A stretch of 64,000 bases of DNA from Alphaproteobacteria bacterium (GTDB lineage: Bacteria > Pseudomonadota > Alphaproteobacteria > UBA6615): positions 138,344 through 202,343 of the forward strand of contig JBMYRB010000001.1 in NCBI GenBank assembly GCA_049601915.1, written 5' to 3'. The translations under genes and the position numbers were made by a program. Shown here piece by piece: positions 51,314-61,204 of this stretch. Position 1 is the first letter of the stretch. Each line of letters opens with the position of its first letter. The notes beneath the pieces were generated by a model, which was given only the letters and a program-made list of their open reading frames with translations, was not told the DNA's origin and made no database searches.

Positions 51314-51345
51314 AACCCCTCCCCTTGCGGGAGGGGTTTTCGTTT
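51314..51345 (+). terminator. rho-independent terminator
   Basis: AACCCCTCCC-CTTGC-GGGAGGGGTT followed by TTCGTTT, lying between convergent genes. Confidence 0.75.
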
Positions 51346-51359
51346 GCGGACTCGAACGC

Positions 51360-52340
51360 CTAGCCCTCGAACACCGCCACCAGCGCGCCGGTCGTGGTGC
51401 GTGAATCGAGCGCCACATGGGCGTCGGCAATATCCGCCAGATCATAGTGGCCGGTGATGTTCGATTTCACGGTCCCGTCGGCGATCGCGGCGACCACCTC
51501 TTCCATCATCGCCGCTTTCTCTTCCGGTGTGGCCGTGTAGTCCTTCATCGACGCCTTTGTGAAGATCAGGGATTTCTGGTTGAGCTCCAGCGCGTCGATC
51601 GGCGGCGGGCCCGAAGCATGGCCGTAATTCACGAACCAGCCCCGCGGCGCCAGCGCGCGGAGATTACCCTGATAGGCATCCGCGCCGACCGCGTCATAGA
51701 CCACCGGTACGCCCGCACCGCCGGTGATGTCGAGGACAGCGTCGGCGAAATCCTCCTTGGTGTAGTCGATCACATGGGCACAGCCGTTTTCCTCGGCTGC
51801 CAAGAACTTGTCCGGTGAACTGACCGTACCGATAACCTTCGCGCCCACGTTCGTCGCCCACTGGGTCAGCAGGCTGCCCATGCCGCCGGCCGCGGAATGT
51901 ACCAAGATGGTTTCCCCGGCCTCGACCCGGTAGAGACGGCGCAGAAGATACTGGGCGGTCATGGTCCGCACGAAAGCCGCCACCACCGTCGCATCGTCGA
52001 GGTCGGCCGGCGGCGTGTAGAGCTGTTCGGCGGGAACAATGCGGGCATCCGCATAGGCTCCGACATTGAACAGATAGGCCGCACGGTCGCCTTCCTTGTA
52101 GTTCGCCACGCCCTCGCCGACAGCCATGATCGTGCCGACGCCCTCGAGGCCGAGCACCATCGGCAGCGGCGGCTTCAGGAAGTAGCGCCCCTGGCGCATG
52201 TAGGAATCCGCAAAATGAATCGCCGATGCGTTTTGCTTGAGGATCACCTCGCCTGGCCCCGGCTGGGGCAACTCATCGGTCTCGATCTTGATGACCTCGG
52301 GGTCACCATATTCATGGATGCGTGCGACGCGAACTTTCAT
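51360..52340 (-). CDS. MDR-family NADPH:quinone oxidoreductase
   Basis: Start at MKVRVARIHEYG. Zeta-crystallin-like with an AAGGMG nucleotide motif. Confidence 0.85.
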   Translation of the reverse strand: MKVRVARIHEYGDPEVIKIETDELPQPGPGEVILKQNASAIHFADSYMRQGRYFLKPPLPMVLGLEGVGTIMAVGEGVANYKEGDRAAYLFNVGAYADARIVPAEQLYTPPADLDDATVVAAFVRTMTAQYLLRRLYRVEAGETILVHSAAGGMGSLLTQWATNVGAKVIGTVSSPDKFLAAEENGCAHVIDYTKEDFADAVLDITGGAGVPVVYDAVGADAYQGNLRALAPRGWFVNYGHASGPPPIDALELNQKSLIFTKASMKDYTATPEEKAAMMEEVVAAIADGTVKSNITGHYDLADIADAHVALDSRTTTGALVAVFEG

Positions 52341-52372
52341 GCGCTGTTCCTTCGTTCGGAGCGTGATCAGAC

Positions 52373-53365
52373 TCAACCGTCCATGGCGATGACGACGGTG
52401 CCCGTCGACTGACCGGATTCGAGAAATTCGTGGGCGGTGGCGGTTTCGTCGAGGAGGAAAACCCGGCCGACCGGATGTTCCGATGGCCCGACAGAAAGCC
52501 ATGTCGATATGTCGTCGAACGCCTCAACAACCGCAGAGTCGGGAATCTTGTACATGAACACCCAGCGCAGCAACGCGTTCTTCGTCATCATCGGATAGAA
52601 GGGCAATTCCGGTGTCGGCACCGTGTCCGACGCATAAGTCGCCACGACGCCGTTATCCTTCAGCACCGCAATCGTCGTCGTCAGGTTGGCGCCGAACGCC
52701 ACCTCGACAATCCGGTCCACGCCGCCGTCGTTGGTGACCTTCATGACCCCGGCACCCACATCGGTTTCGCGGTAGTTGATGACATGGTCCGCACCGGCCT
52801 TCGCGGCGAGCGCGGCCTTTTCGGACGAGCTGACTGTCGCGATTACCGTTGCTGCGCCACCCCATTTCGCCAGCTGAACAGCATAGTTGCCGACCGCGCC
52901 GGCCCCGCCGGTGACCAGCACATTCCGGCCCGCGACAGGGCCATCGGCGAACACGGCATAGTGGGCGGTGACCGCTGGAATACCCAGGCACGCACCGGCG
53001 ACGAGTTCGACCTCGTCCGGCAGGGCAATCGCATAGTCGGCCCGAATGGCAATAAACTCTGCCGCAGTGCCCAGCGGCCGCTGCCACTGGCCGCAGTAGA
53101 TCCAGACGCGCTCACCGACCCGGCCTTCATCCACACCCGGCCCGACCTGATCAATCACACCGGCCCCGTCGCTGTGGGGGACGATCTTTGGAAATGCGTG
53201 TACCTGCCCGCCAAAGCCGGTCCGACGTTTCGTATCGGACGGATTAACCCCGGAAAATGACAACTTAACACGCACCTCACCGGGCCCGGGCACCGGCGTG
53301 GGTAACTCGCCCACCCGGATCACTTCGTTGGCCGGTCCCTGTTCTTCGTACCAGGCTGCACGCAT
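52373..53365 (-). CDS. MDR-family NADPH:quinone oxidoreductase (second, tandem copy)
   Basis: Start at MRAAWYEEQG. GGAGAVG nucleotide motif. Confidence 0.85.
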   Translation of the reverse strand: MRAAWYEEQGPANEVIRVGELPTPVPGPGEVRVKLSFSGVNPSDTKRRTGFGGQVHAFPKIVPHSDGAGVIDQVGPGVDEGRVGERVWIYCGQWQRPLGTAAEFIAIRADYAIALPDEVELVAGACLGIPAVTAHYAVFADGPVAGRNVLVTGGAGAVGNYAVQLAKWGGAATVIATVSSSEKAALAAKAGADHVINYRETDVGAGVMKVTNDGGVDRIVEVAFGANLTTTIAVLKDNGVVATYASDTVPTPELPFYPMMTKNALLRWVFMYKIPDSAVVEAFDDISTWLSVGPSEHPVGRVFLLDETATAHEFLESGQSTGTVVIAMDG

Positions 53366-53507
53366 TGCCGATTTCTCCCCGGTCATCCTTTCACGGTGCA
53401 ACTATCACCCGCAGGGATGCGCTAGGCCATCTCATTGAGCATTTTCTTCAGTACCTCCAGACGCGGCCCTCGACGTCAATGGCGGCGGTTGGTCGGGGTA
53501 GGAGGCT

Positions 53508-54491
53508 CTACGCCACCCGCAGATAGTGCAGCGAGAACAAATCGTCGGCATCCGTCCAGTGGCGGAAGGCGCGCCAGCCGGCCTTGGCCGCCAGCGCATG
53601 GAACTCCTCGACGCCGTATTTGTGGGAATCTTCCGTGTGGATCGATTCCCCGGCCGCAAACGCGAAGCTGTGGCCGTTGATCCGGACCTCTTGGTCCCGC
53701 TCGCTCACCAGATGCATCTCGATCCGGCCCTGATCCGCGACCCAGCGCGCATCGTGGGAAAACGCATCGATATCGAAGTTGCCATCCAGCTCCCGGTTCA
53801 CCCGGCGCAAGACGTTGAGGTTGAATTCGGCCGTCACGCCGGCCGCATCGTTATAGGCCGCGTGCAAAATGCCCGTGTCCTTGCGCAAATCAACACCGAT
53901 CAGGAGCCCGTTGTCGGTGCCCAGGTCGGTCGCCGCGGCGCGCAGGAAATCCACCGCAGCCGCTCGGGTGAAGTTGCCGATGGTCGAGCCCGGAAAGAAT
54001 CCGATCCGCGCCGCCCCACCCACGATCTCCGGCAGCTCGAACGGTTGTGTGTAGTCGGCCGCGATGGGCACGACCGGCAGATCGGGATAGGAACCCGCCA
54101 GCGCCTTGGCCGAGGCCAGAAGATGCTCGCGCGAGATATCGACCGGGATATAGGCTGCCGGGGTCTCCAGCGCGTCCAGCAGAATGCGGATCTTGGTGCT
54201 CGACCCGCTACCGAACTCGACCACGCTGGCGTTGGCGCCGATCAACTCGGCGAATTCCGCCGCATGGGTGTTCAGCAAGGCGGTCTCGGTGCGTGTCGGG
54301 TAATATTCCAGCAACTCACAGATGTCGTCGAACAGCTGCGAGCCACGCTCGTCGTAGAAATATTTGCTCGACAGCTTCTTCTGGGACTGGGCCAGCCCGT
54401 CGAGAACATCATCGAGAAAACTGTCCGCCGCGTGATCGTATTCCACATAGTCATGGAGCGGGCCAAGACTTACCGCCGCGGCACCGCTCAT
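53508..54491 (-). CDS. egtD: L-histidine N-alpha-methyltransferase (ergothioneine biosynthesis)
   Basis: KYFYDERGSQLFDDICELLEYYPTRTE ... FFPGSTIGNF ... AAYNDAAGVTAEFNLNVL. Collinear with mycobacterial EgtD as I remember it. Confidence 0.92.
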   Translation of the reverse strand: MSGAAAVSLGPLHDYVEYDHAADSFLDDVLDGLAQSQKKLSSKYFYDERGSQLFDDICELLEYYPTRTETALLNTHAAEFAELIGANASVVEFGSGSSTKIRILLDALETPAAYIPVDISREHLLASAKALAGSYPDLPVVPIAADYTQPFELPEIVGGAARIGFFPGSTIGNFTRAAAVDFLRAAATDLGTDNGLLIGVDLRKDTGILHAAYNDAAGVTAEFNLNVLRRVNRELDGNFDIDAFSHDARWVADQGRIEMHLVSERDQEVRINGHSFAFAAGESIHTEDSHKYGVEEFHALAAKAGWRAFRHWTDADDLFSLHYLRVA

Positions 54492-55834
54492 TGTGTATCC
54501 CCGTCGTCGGCCAGACGCACGCCGGCGAACACCCAGCGCATCGCGGGATAGAAGAAGTTCCGATAGGTGGCGCGGGTGTGCCCATCGGGAGTCACACAAG
54601 CGCCGCCGCGCAAGACAAACTGATTGGCCATGAATTTCCCGTTGTATTCACCGAAAGCGCCCGACACGGGCTTGAATCCGGGATATGGAACATAAGGGCT
54701 CTGTGTCCACTCCCACACGTCGCCAAACATCTGTTCCGGCCGGTCGGATGTCTCGCCTGTCGCGGGTGCGGTGCGCAGCAACCCGGATCCCGTGAAATTC
54801 CCCACCACCGGCTGGTCTCGGGCGAACACTTCCCATTCGCCTTCGCGCGGCAGGCGCTTGCCCGCCCAGCGCGCATAGGCGTCCGCCTCGTAGAGGCTGA
54901 CATGGCAGACCGGCGCCTGATCGTTGACCTGCTGCAGGCCCGACAGGGACATGGCGCACCACTCATCGTCGACCATCTGCCAGTAGAGTGGCGCCTTCCA
55001 GCCCTCCGCACCCACGGCGGCCCACCCGTCGGACAACCAGATCTCCGGCCGCCCATAGCCGTTGTCGGCCATGAATTCCTTCCATTCGCCGTTGGTCACG
55101 AGCCGCGAGGCCAGCCGGAAGGGTGCCAGATGGATGCTGTGGCGCGGCCCCTCGTTATCGAAGGCGAATTCAGCACCGTCATGGCCGATCTCCGCCAACC
55201 CGCCCGCGTGATCAAACCATCTCAACTCGGGCGCCTTGCGCACCGGCGCGGCGCGATAGGTCTGGTAAGCGGGGGCAACGCTGTTGAACGAAAAGGCGTG
55301 GAGAATATCCATCAGGATCAGCTCCTGATGCTGCTGCTCGTGATGCAGCCCCAGCGCAATCAGGGGAGCGACCCTGTCCCATGTCTCCTCGTCCGCATCG
55401 TTGATCAGGGCCCGCATCGCCACGTCCACATGGGCGCGGTAGGCCTTCACCTGATTCGCCGTCGGACGGGTCAGAAGGCCACGCTCGGGGCGCGGATGGC
55501 GCGCGCCGACGGCGTCGTAATAGGAATTGAACAGAAACCGGTAATGCTCATCGAGCGGTTCATAACCGACCGCAAAGTCCCGCAGGATCATGGTCTCGAA
55601 GAACCAGGTGGTATGCGCACGATGCCACTTGGTCGGGCTCGCGTCGGGCATCGACTGCACGACCTGGTCTTCGGATGACAACGGTTCTGCCAAGCGCTCG
55701 GTCTCGCCGCGCACCCGATTGAAATAATCGAGAACCTGTCCCCGGTCGAGCGGATGCGCGTCGAGGATCACCGGCTCGAACCCCAAGGATGTCACGGCGC
55801 TTCTCCTGTTGGCGCCCGCGTCCCGCACGACCAT
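54488..55834 (-). CDS. egtB: hercynine sulfoxide synthase EgtB (DinB_2 plus FGE-sulfatase domains)
   Basis: SPTKWHRAHTTWFFE. C-terminal GDVWEWT and RGGA FGE-like motifs. 4-nt overlap with egtD. The start is uncertain (55834 or 55864). Confidence 0.9.
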   Translation of the reverse strand: MVVRDAGANRRSAVTSLGFEPVILDAHPLDRGQVLDYFNRVRGETERLAEPLSSEDQVVQSMPDASPTKWHRAHTTWFFETMILRDFAVGYEPLDEHYRFLFNSYYDAVGARHPRPERGLLTRPTANQVKAYRAHVDVAMRALINDADEETWDRVAPLIALGLHHEQQHQELILMDILHAFSFNSVAPAYQTYRAAPVRKAPELRWFDHAGGLAEIGHDGAEFAFDNEGPRHSIHLAPFRLASRLVTNGEWKEFMADNGYGRPEIWLSDGWAAVGAEGWKAPLYWQMVDDEWCAMSLSGLQQVNDQAPVCHVSLYEADAYARWAGKRLPREGEWEVFARDQPVVGNFTGSGLLRTAPATGETSDRPEQMFGDVWEWTQSPYVPYPGFKPVSGAFGEYNGKFMANQFVLRGGACVTPDGHTRATYRNFFYPAMRWVFAGVRLADDGDTQ

Positions 55835-56030
55835 CTTTCCGGGATGCTTCACGCCGCGGCGCATGATCGGCCACAGATCGAATTCCGTCCGGATCGCGCA
55901 CCGGACGTAACGGTCGACGCCAAGTAAACCAAGCCGGCTCACGCGCCGTCAACCGAAAGCCCGGAGAATTTGAGAAGTTGAAGACCGCGCAACACATTGA
56001 CGCGACGAACGGTCGGACTATGTTGAGGTC

Positions 56031-56414
56031 ATGAGCACAAACACACCGACGTCTGAAGGCTTCCATGCCCACGTCTATTACGATGCCGACAGCAAGGCCG
56101 AAGCCGAAGCGCTGCGCGCGGAGATCGATGCACGCTATGATGTCGATCTGGGCCGCTGGCATGACAACCCCTTGGGCCCACACCCCTTCGGGAGTTACCT
56201 GGTTGCTTTCAAACCCGAACTTTTCGGGGAGATCGTGCCGTGGCTGGCGATGAATCGCCGCGATCTGTCGATTCTGGTGCACCCCGAGACCGGCGACGAC
56301 CTTACGGATCATTCGACCTACGCCATGTGGCTGGGCGAAAGCGCAACCCTGGATCTGAAACGATTTCGCGAGCGGGCCGCCGAGCAGGCTGACAGGCAGG
56401 CCGCGCAAAGTTGA
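56031..56414 (+). CDS. DOPA 4,5-dioxygenase-family (DODA-type) small dioxygenase
   Basis: 127 aa with FHAHVYYD ... LGPHP ... LVHP His-ligand pattern. Confidence 0.72.
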   Translation: MSTNTPTSEGFHAHVYYDADSKAEAEALRAEIDARYDVDLGRWHDNPLGPHPFGSYLVAFKPELFGEIVPWLAMNRRDLSILVHPETGDDLTDHSTYAMWLGESATLDLKRFRERAAEQADRQAAQS

Positions 56415-56545
56415 CGACGCCGGCCTGACCGTTCCCAAACGAACGGTTTTCAAGCCCCGCCGGGACCGCTACAACACCGGCAAGAAACCCATTCGCCCGG
56501 TCGCATCCACGCGCCGGAATCAATCAACATCAGGGGGAACCCAGC

Positions 56546-57388
56546 ATGAAACTCGTACGCTATGGCTCACGCGGCAATGAAAAGCCCGGCCTGATCGACG
56601 CCGACGGCAAGCTCCGCGACCTGTCGAAGATCGTCGGCGATATCGACGCCGAAACGCTGACACCCAAGGGCCTCGCGGCCATCCGCAAGCGCGACCCCAA
56701 GCGGCTTCCCCTGGTCAAGGGCAACCCGCGCCTGGGGCCCTGCGTGGTCGAGCGCCGGGTCTTCGCCATCGCGCTCAACTACAAGGAGCATGCCGAGGAG
56801 GCCAACGCGGCCATCCCGTCCGAGCCGTTCGTGTTCACCAAGACCTGCCCACCGACCGGCCATCGCGACAACATCGTGCTGCCGAAGGGGTCGGTGAAGA
56901 CCGACTGGGAGGTTGAGCTTTGCCTGGTCATGGGCCGCAAGGCCACACATGTGTCCAAGAAGGATGCGCTGAAATACGTCGCGGGCTACTTCGCCGGCAA
57001 CGAGGTCTCCGAGCGCGAGTTCTTGATCGAGCGCGGCGGCTTACAGTGGATCAAGGGTAAAAGCCCCGACACCTTCGCGCCGATCGGCCCCTGGCTGCTG
57101 ACAGCTGATGAGGTGGCGAACCCGAACAACCTGCACATGTGGCTCGAGGTGAACGGCGACCGCAAGCAGGACAACAACACCAGGGATATGATCTACGACT
57201 GCAAGACGCTGATCTCGAACCTGAGCAAGACCATCACCTTGTATCCCGGCGACATCATCTTCACCGGCACACCCCAGGGTGTCGCTTACGGCCAGAAGAA
57301 CCCGAAATACCTGCGTGCCGGCGACGTCGTCACCATGGGCATCGAAGGCCTCGGCGAACATCGCAACAAGGTTGTGAAGTCCAAGTAA
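56546..57388 (+). CDS. fumarylacetoacetate hydrolase (FAH) family protein
   Basis: 280 aa with DWEVELCLVMG and GDIIFTGTPQGV motifs. Confidence 0.88.
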   Translation: MKLVRYGSRGNEKPGLIDADGKLRDLSKIVGDIDAETLTPKGLAAIRKRDPKRLPLVKGNPRLGPCVVERRVFAIALNYKEHAEEANAAIPSEPFVFTKTCPPTGHRDNIVLPKGSVKTDWEVELCLVMGRKATHVSKKDALKYVAGYFAGNEVSEREFLIERGGLQWIKGKSPDTFAPIGPWLLTADEVANPNNLHMWLEVNGDRKQDNNTRDMIYDCKTLISNLSKTITLYPGDIIFTGTPQGVAYGQKNPKYLRAGDVVTMGIEGLGEHRNKVVKSK

Positions 57389-57414
57389 CGGGAATCACAT
57401 TCGCCGAAACGCAG

Positions 57415-57444
57415 CGGGCCGCGCACACCAGCGCGGCCCGTTTT
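57415..57444 (+). terminator. rho-independent terminator
   Basis: CGGGCCGCGC-ACACCA-GCGCGGCCCG followed by TTTTGCATT, lying between convergent genes. Confidence 0.75.
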
Positions 57445-57465
57445 GCATTCCCGAGTGCCACGACA

Positions 57466-58470
57466 TCAGGCCAATGCCGGCATGACCTCGTCGCGGAACA
57501 GCCGCAGGGATTCCCGCGACCCGGTGATGTCGATCAACAGGACATATTCGATGCCGCCCGCGCGCATGCGTTGCAGCCGGTCGACGATCTCTTCGGGCGG
57601 ACCGATCAGCGCGCCTTCTTCCGTCGCCAGGCGTGTATCGTTGTATTGCAACATTGTCGACTGGGGGCCGCCGCCCTCGCGGATGCGCGAGAGCCGCGAA
57701 ATGCCGCTCAGCAGCCGTGCGCGTTGCTGATGTGCTTGCTCCCGGTCCTCTTCGCTGTGGGTGATGTGGAGTGCGCGCGCCACGGCCACATTCATCGGGT
57801 CGAACGCCCGGCCCAAGGCTTCGATCGCCGTCCGGTAAGTGTCGAAACGCTCCTGGATCAGATCGAAGGACGCGATCTGATCGAGCAGGAGATTGAAGTT
57901 ATTGTCCGCGGCCCAGCGCAAGCCACCGGCGCTGCCTGCCGCCAGCCACATGGGCGGATGGGGCCGCTGGATCGGCGGCGGTTCCACGACGATGTCCTGG
58001 AACGTCCAGTGCTTGCCGATATGGGTGAAGCGCTCCTCCGACGTCCAGGCCCGGCGGATCACTTCGAGAGATTCCTCGAACAACTCCTGCGCATCGCCGG
58101 GCTGGACGTTGAAACCGTTGAACTCGTTCGGCCGGTAGCCCTTGCCGACCCCGAATTCCAGCCGCCCGCCCGACAGCAGATCGACCGTCGCCGCCTGCTC
58201 GGCCAGCAGCACCGGGTTGTGCCATGGCAGCACGACCACCGCCGTGCCCAGGCGCATCCGCGTCGTGCGGGCCGCCAGATACGTCAAAAGATTGAGCGAG
58301 GCGGACACCTGCCCGAAGCCGGTGAAGTGATGCTCGACCAGGAACACCGAGTGATAACCGAGTTCCTCGGCCTCCTCGACATAGCCGATGAAGTCCCGGT
58401 AGCCTTGGGTGCTGTCGCGGGCCACCCCGCCGCGGCGCGACGAGGCGCCACCGAACAATCCGAACTTCAT
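57466..58470 (-). CDS. LLM-class (luciferase-like) flavin-dependent oxidoreductase
   Basis: Start at MKFGLFGG. TIM-barrel LLM character (VVLPWHNP). Confidence 0.85.
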   Translation of the reverse strand: MKFGLFGGASSRRGGVARDSTQGYRDFIGYVEEAEELGYHSVFLVEHHFTGFGQVSASLNLLTYLAARTTRMRLGTAVVVLPWHNPVLLAEQAATVDLLSGGRLEFGVGKGYRPNEFNGFNVQPGDAQELFEESLEVIRRAWTSEERFTHIGKHWTFQDIVVEPPPIQRPHPPMWLAAGSAGGLRWAADNNFNLLLDQIASFDLIQERFDTYRTAIEALGRAFDPMNVAVARALHITHSEEDREQAHQQRARLLSGISRLSRIREGGGPQSTMLQYNDTRLATEEGALIGPPEEIVDRLQRMRAGGIEYVLLIDITGSRESLRLFRDEVMPALA

Positions 58471-58492
58471 CCGACCCTCTGTATGCGTCGTG

Positions 58493-59494
58493 CTAGTTGC
58501 GGACCCGCTCGCGCTTGCCGCTCTTGGCGGATTTGGCCAGCGCCTCGAGCACCGCGACGTTGCCGATCCGCTCGACGTCGGTGAACATGTATTTCTTCTT
58601 GCCGGCCACGGCATCCGCCCAGGCCTCGAAGTTCATCTTCACCGTGTCGCGCGGCTTGTAGACCCGCTGGGTACGCTTGCCGCCGGCGATGCTGATCGTC
58701 ATATGCGTGTCGTCCCAGTCCTCGGGATGCGCTATGTCGACGATCTCGACCCAGCCCTTGCTCCCGAACACGGCAAAGCGGGCGTAATAGGGCGTCTTCG
58801 AGACCACGTTGATAGTTCCCAGGGTGCGGTCCTTGAACTGGAACTGGGTGGTGACGACGTCACCCGACGGCAATTTCAGCACCCGGCGGTCCGACGCAGC
58901 GCTGACCCACTGGATCGGGCCGAAGAGGCTGATCATGAAGTCAGTCAGATGCACACCCATGCCCGTCCAGCCGGCCGCAGGTGCGTCCTTCGGGTTGCCG
59001 CGCCAATTGTCCTGCTTCAGCGGCGTGAACTTGTCATGAGAGTTGTTCGCCTCGACCGCAATGATGGTCCCGAGTTCCTTCTTGCGCACCATCTCGGCCA
59101 GCTTCATCCAGGCCGGCTCGTAGCGGCGCTCGTGGCCGAGCCCGAGAACAATCCCCCGGTCGCGGCACGCCTTGACCATCTTCTTCGCACTGGCCGACGT
59201 CAGCGACAGGGGCTTTTCGCAGAAGATCTGCTTGTTGGCCCGGGCGGCCTGCATCAGCAGCGCCTCATGGGTCGTGTGCGGGGTGGTCAGGATGACGCCC
59301 TCGACCCTCGGGTCCTTGAGCGCCTCGGCATAGTCGGTCGTCAGCTCGAAGCCGCAATTCTTGGCAAGTTTGCGGGTGGCCACGGTGGGATTGAGTTCGA
59401 CGCCGCGCACGACACGCAGCTTGCGGTTTCCCTGCAGGGCGTTGGCGACATGGCTGCCCCACCAACCCAGCCCAACGACGGCGACGTTCAACAT
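58493..59494 (-). CDS. Gfo/Idh/MocA family oxidoreductase
   Basis: VAVVGLGWWG Rossmann N-terminus and an EKP motif. Confidence 0.88.
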   Translation of the reverse strand: MLNVAVVGLGWWGSHVANALQGNRKLRVVRGVELNPTVATRKLAKNCGFELTTDYAEALKDPRVEGVILTTPHTTHEALLMQAARANKQIFCEKPLSLTSASAKKMVKACRDRGIVLGLGHERRYEPAWMKLAEMVRKKELGTIIAVEANNSHDKFTPLKQDNWRGNPKDAPAAGWTGMGVHLTDFMISLFGPIQWVSAASDRRVLKLPSGDVVTTQFQFKDRTLGTINVVSKTPYYARFAVFGSKGWVEIVDIAHPEDWDDTHMTISIAGGKRTQRVYKPRDTVKMNFEAWADAVAGKKKYMFTDVERIGNVAVLEALAKSAKSGKRERVRN

Positions 59495-59631
59495 GCTGCT
59501 TCACTCCCGGATAAATGTTCTCGTATCTGCTCTCTTCGGAGCCGGCAGAACCTAGCATGGCGCCTATCGGCTCAAAAGACGCTGCGCTAGTCTCAAACTT
59601 GTTCATTCCGCGCACAAGTTCACGAGCCACC

Positions 59632-60057
59632 ATGCCGAAAATCACCCCCGAGGCGTTCAACGCCCTGACTGACCGCGAGCTGCCGATCGCCGCCAAATAC
59701 GGCTTCCGGGTCGAGGAAATCGGCGACGGTACCGCACGCGTGCGCGCGCCGTTCAACGCGACCTTCACCCGGCCCGGCGGCACCATCAGCGGGCCGGTGA
59801 TGATGGCGCTAACGGATTTCGGGATGTATGCCGCGCTGATGGGAGCCATCGGCGAGGTCGCACTCGCCGTGACCACCAATCTGAACATCAATTTCCTGCG
59901 CCTGCCGGCCCCGGTCGACGTCGTCGCGGACTGCAATGTCATCAAGCTCGGGCGGCGCCTTGCCGTGATCGAGGTCACGCTTTATTCGGACGGCGACGAC
60001 GCGCCCATCGCGCACGCGACCGGCACCTACTCGATCCCGCCGGATGCCGCGCGTTAA
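59632..60057 (+). CDS. PaaI-family hot-dog thioesterase
   Basis: About 141 aa from MPKITPEAF. GGTISGPVMMALTD motif. Confidence 0.8.
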   Translation: MPKITPEAFNALTDRELPIAAKYGFRVEEIGDGTARVRAPFNATFTRPGGTISGPVMMALTDFGMYAALMGAIGEVALAVTTNLNINFLRLPAPVDVVADCNVIKLGRRLAVIEVTLYSDGDDAPIAHATGTYSIPPDAAR

Positions 60058-60161
60058 CGGCACAAAACCCGTGCGCGGGGCCAACTGGACAAGCCCCGGA
60101 TCGACTGATACGAGTCCGGCCAGAAACTGTTCAACAACGATAATCTCAAAGGAGAGGTCTT

Positions 60162-61136
60162 GTGGCTGATAGCTCGATCTTCGCCGTCGCAGACTCGCCG
60201 TTCCCCTCGCTGGAACCCGTCGAAAACGTCCTCGCAAGCTTCAATCCGACTATCAACATGGCCGCCGATACGTCCGAGGATGCCATCATCGAGGCGGCCA
60301 AGGGAGCCAAGGCATTGTTCGTCACCTACGCCCAGATCACTGCCAAGGTGATCGACTCTCTCGACGGTTGCGATGCGATCGGCCGGTTCGGCATCGGGCT
60401 GGACAATATCGACCTCGACGCCGCCACCGCGGCCGGCATTCCGGTGGTGTACGCCCCGCAATACTGCCTCGACGAGGTGTCCGACCACACGATGGCGCTG
60501 TTGCTGACTGCGGCCCGCAAGACCGCGCTGGCCGACAAGCTGGTCAAGGAGGGCCGCTGGGAAATGCCGGCCGTCGTGCCGATCATGCGTTTCCGGGGCA
60601 AGACCATGGGTCTGGTGGGCTTCGGCAATATCGCTCAACTGGTGGCCGAAAAGGCCCAGGCCTTCGGTATCAACGTCATTTCGTCTGACCCCTTCGTGAA
60701 GCCCGAGGTCGCGGCGGCGAAAGGCGTGGAACTGGTTAAATTCGACACGCTGCTGGAGCGTTCCGACTATGTGTCGGTTCACGCCCCGCTCACACCGGCG
60801 ACCGAGAACATGTTCTCCACCGACGCCTTCGCGAAGATGAAGAGCAGCGCTTTCATCGTGAACACGGCGCGCGGCGGCCTGATCGACACCGCGGCCCTCG
60901 TTGCCGCACTCGACGCCGGCGAGATCGCCGGGGCGGGCCTCGACGTGCTGCCGCAGGAGCCCCCGGCCGAAGACGACCCGATCCTGTCGCGCGACGATGT
61001 GGTGATCAATCCGCACACGTCCTTCTATTCGGAAGATGCGCTGCTCGATTTGCAGACGACGGTCGCGGGCGACGTTCTGTCATTGCTGAACGGCGATAAG
61101 CCGAAATGGCCCGCCAACCCGGATGTTTTCAAGTAG
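60162..61136 (+). CDS. D-isomer-specific 2-hydroxyacid dehydrogenase family protein
   Basis: GTG start behind AAAGGAGAGG. GLVGFGNIAQ NAD motif. R..., E..., H catalytic-region layout. Confidence 0.88.
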   Translation: MADSSIFAVADSPFPSLEPVENVLASFNPTINMAADTSEDAIIEAAKGAKALFVTYAQITAKVIDSLDGCDAIGRFGIGLDNIDLDAATAAGIPVVYAPQYCLDEVSDHTMALLLTAARKTALADKLVKEGRWEMPAVVPIMRFRGKTMGLVGFGNIAQLVAEKAQAFGINVISSDPFVKPEVAAAKGVELVKFDTLLERSDYVSVHAPLTPATENMFSTDAFAKMKSSAFIVNTARGGLIDTAALVAALDAGEIAGAGLDVLPQEPPAEDDPILSRDDVVINPHTSFYSEDALLDLQTTVAGDVLSLLNGDKPKWPANPDVFK

Positions 61137-61204
61137 GCGTCTGCAAACAGACCGGATCACATGGACCGGCGTAGACCGCCGGAGATAGCCAGGGAGACAA
61201 AGCC

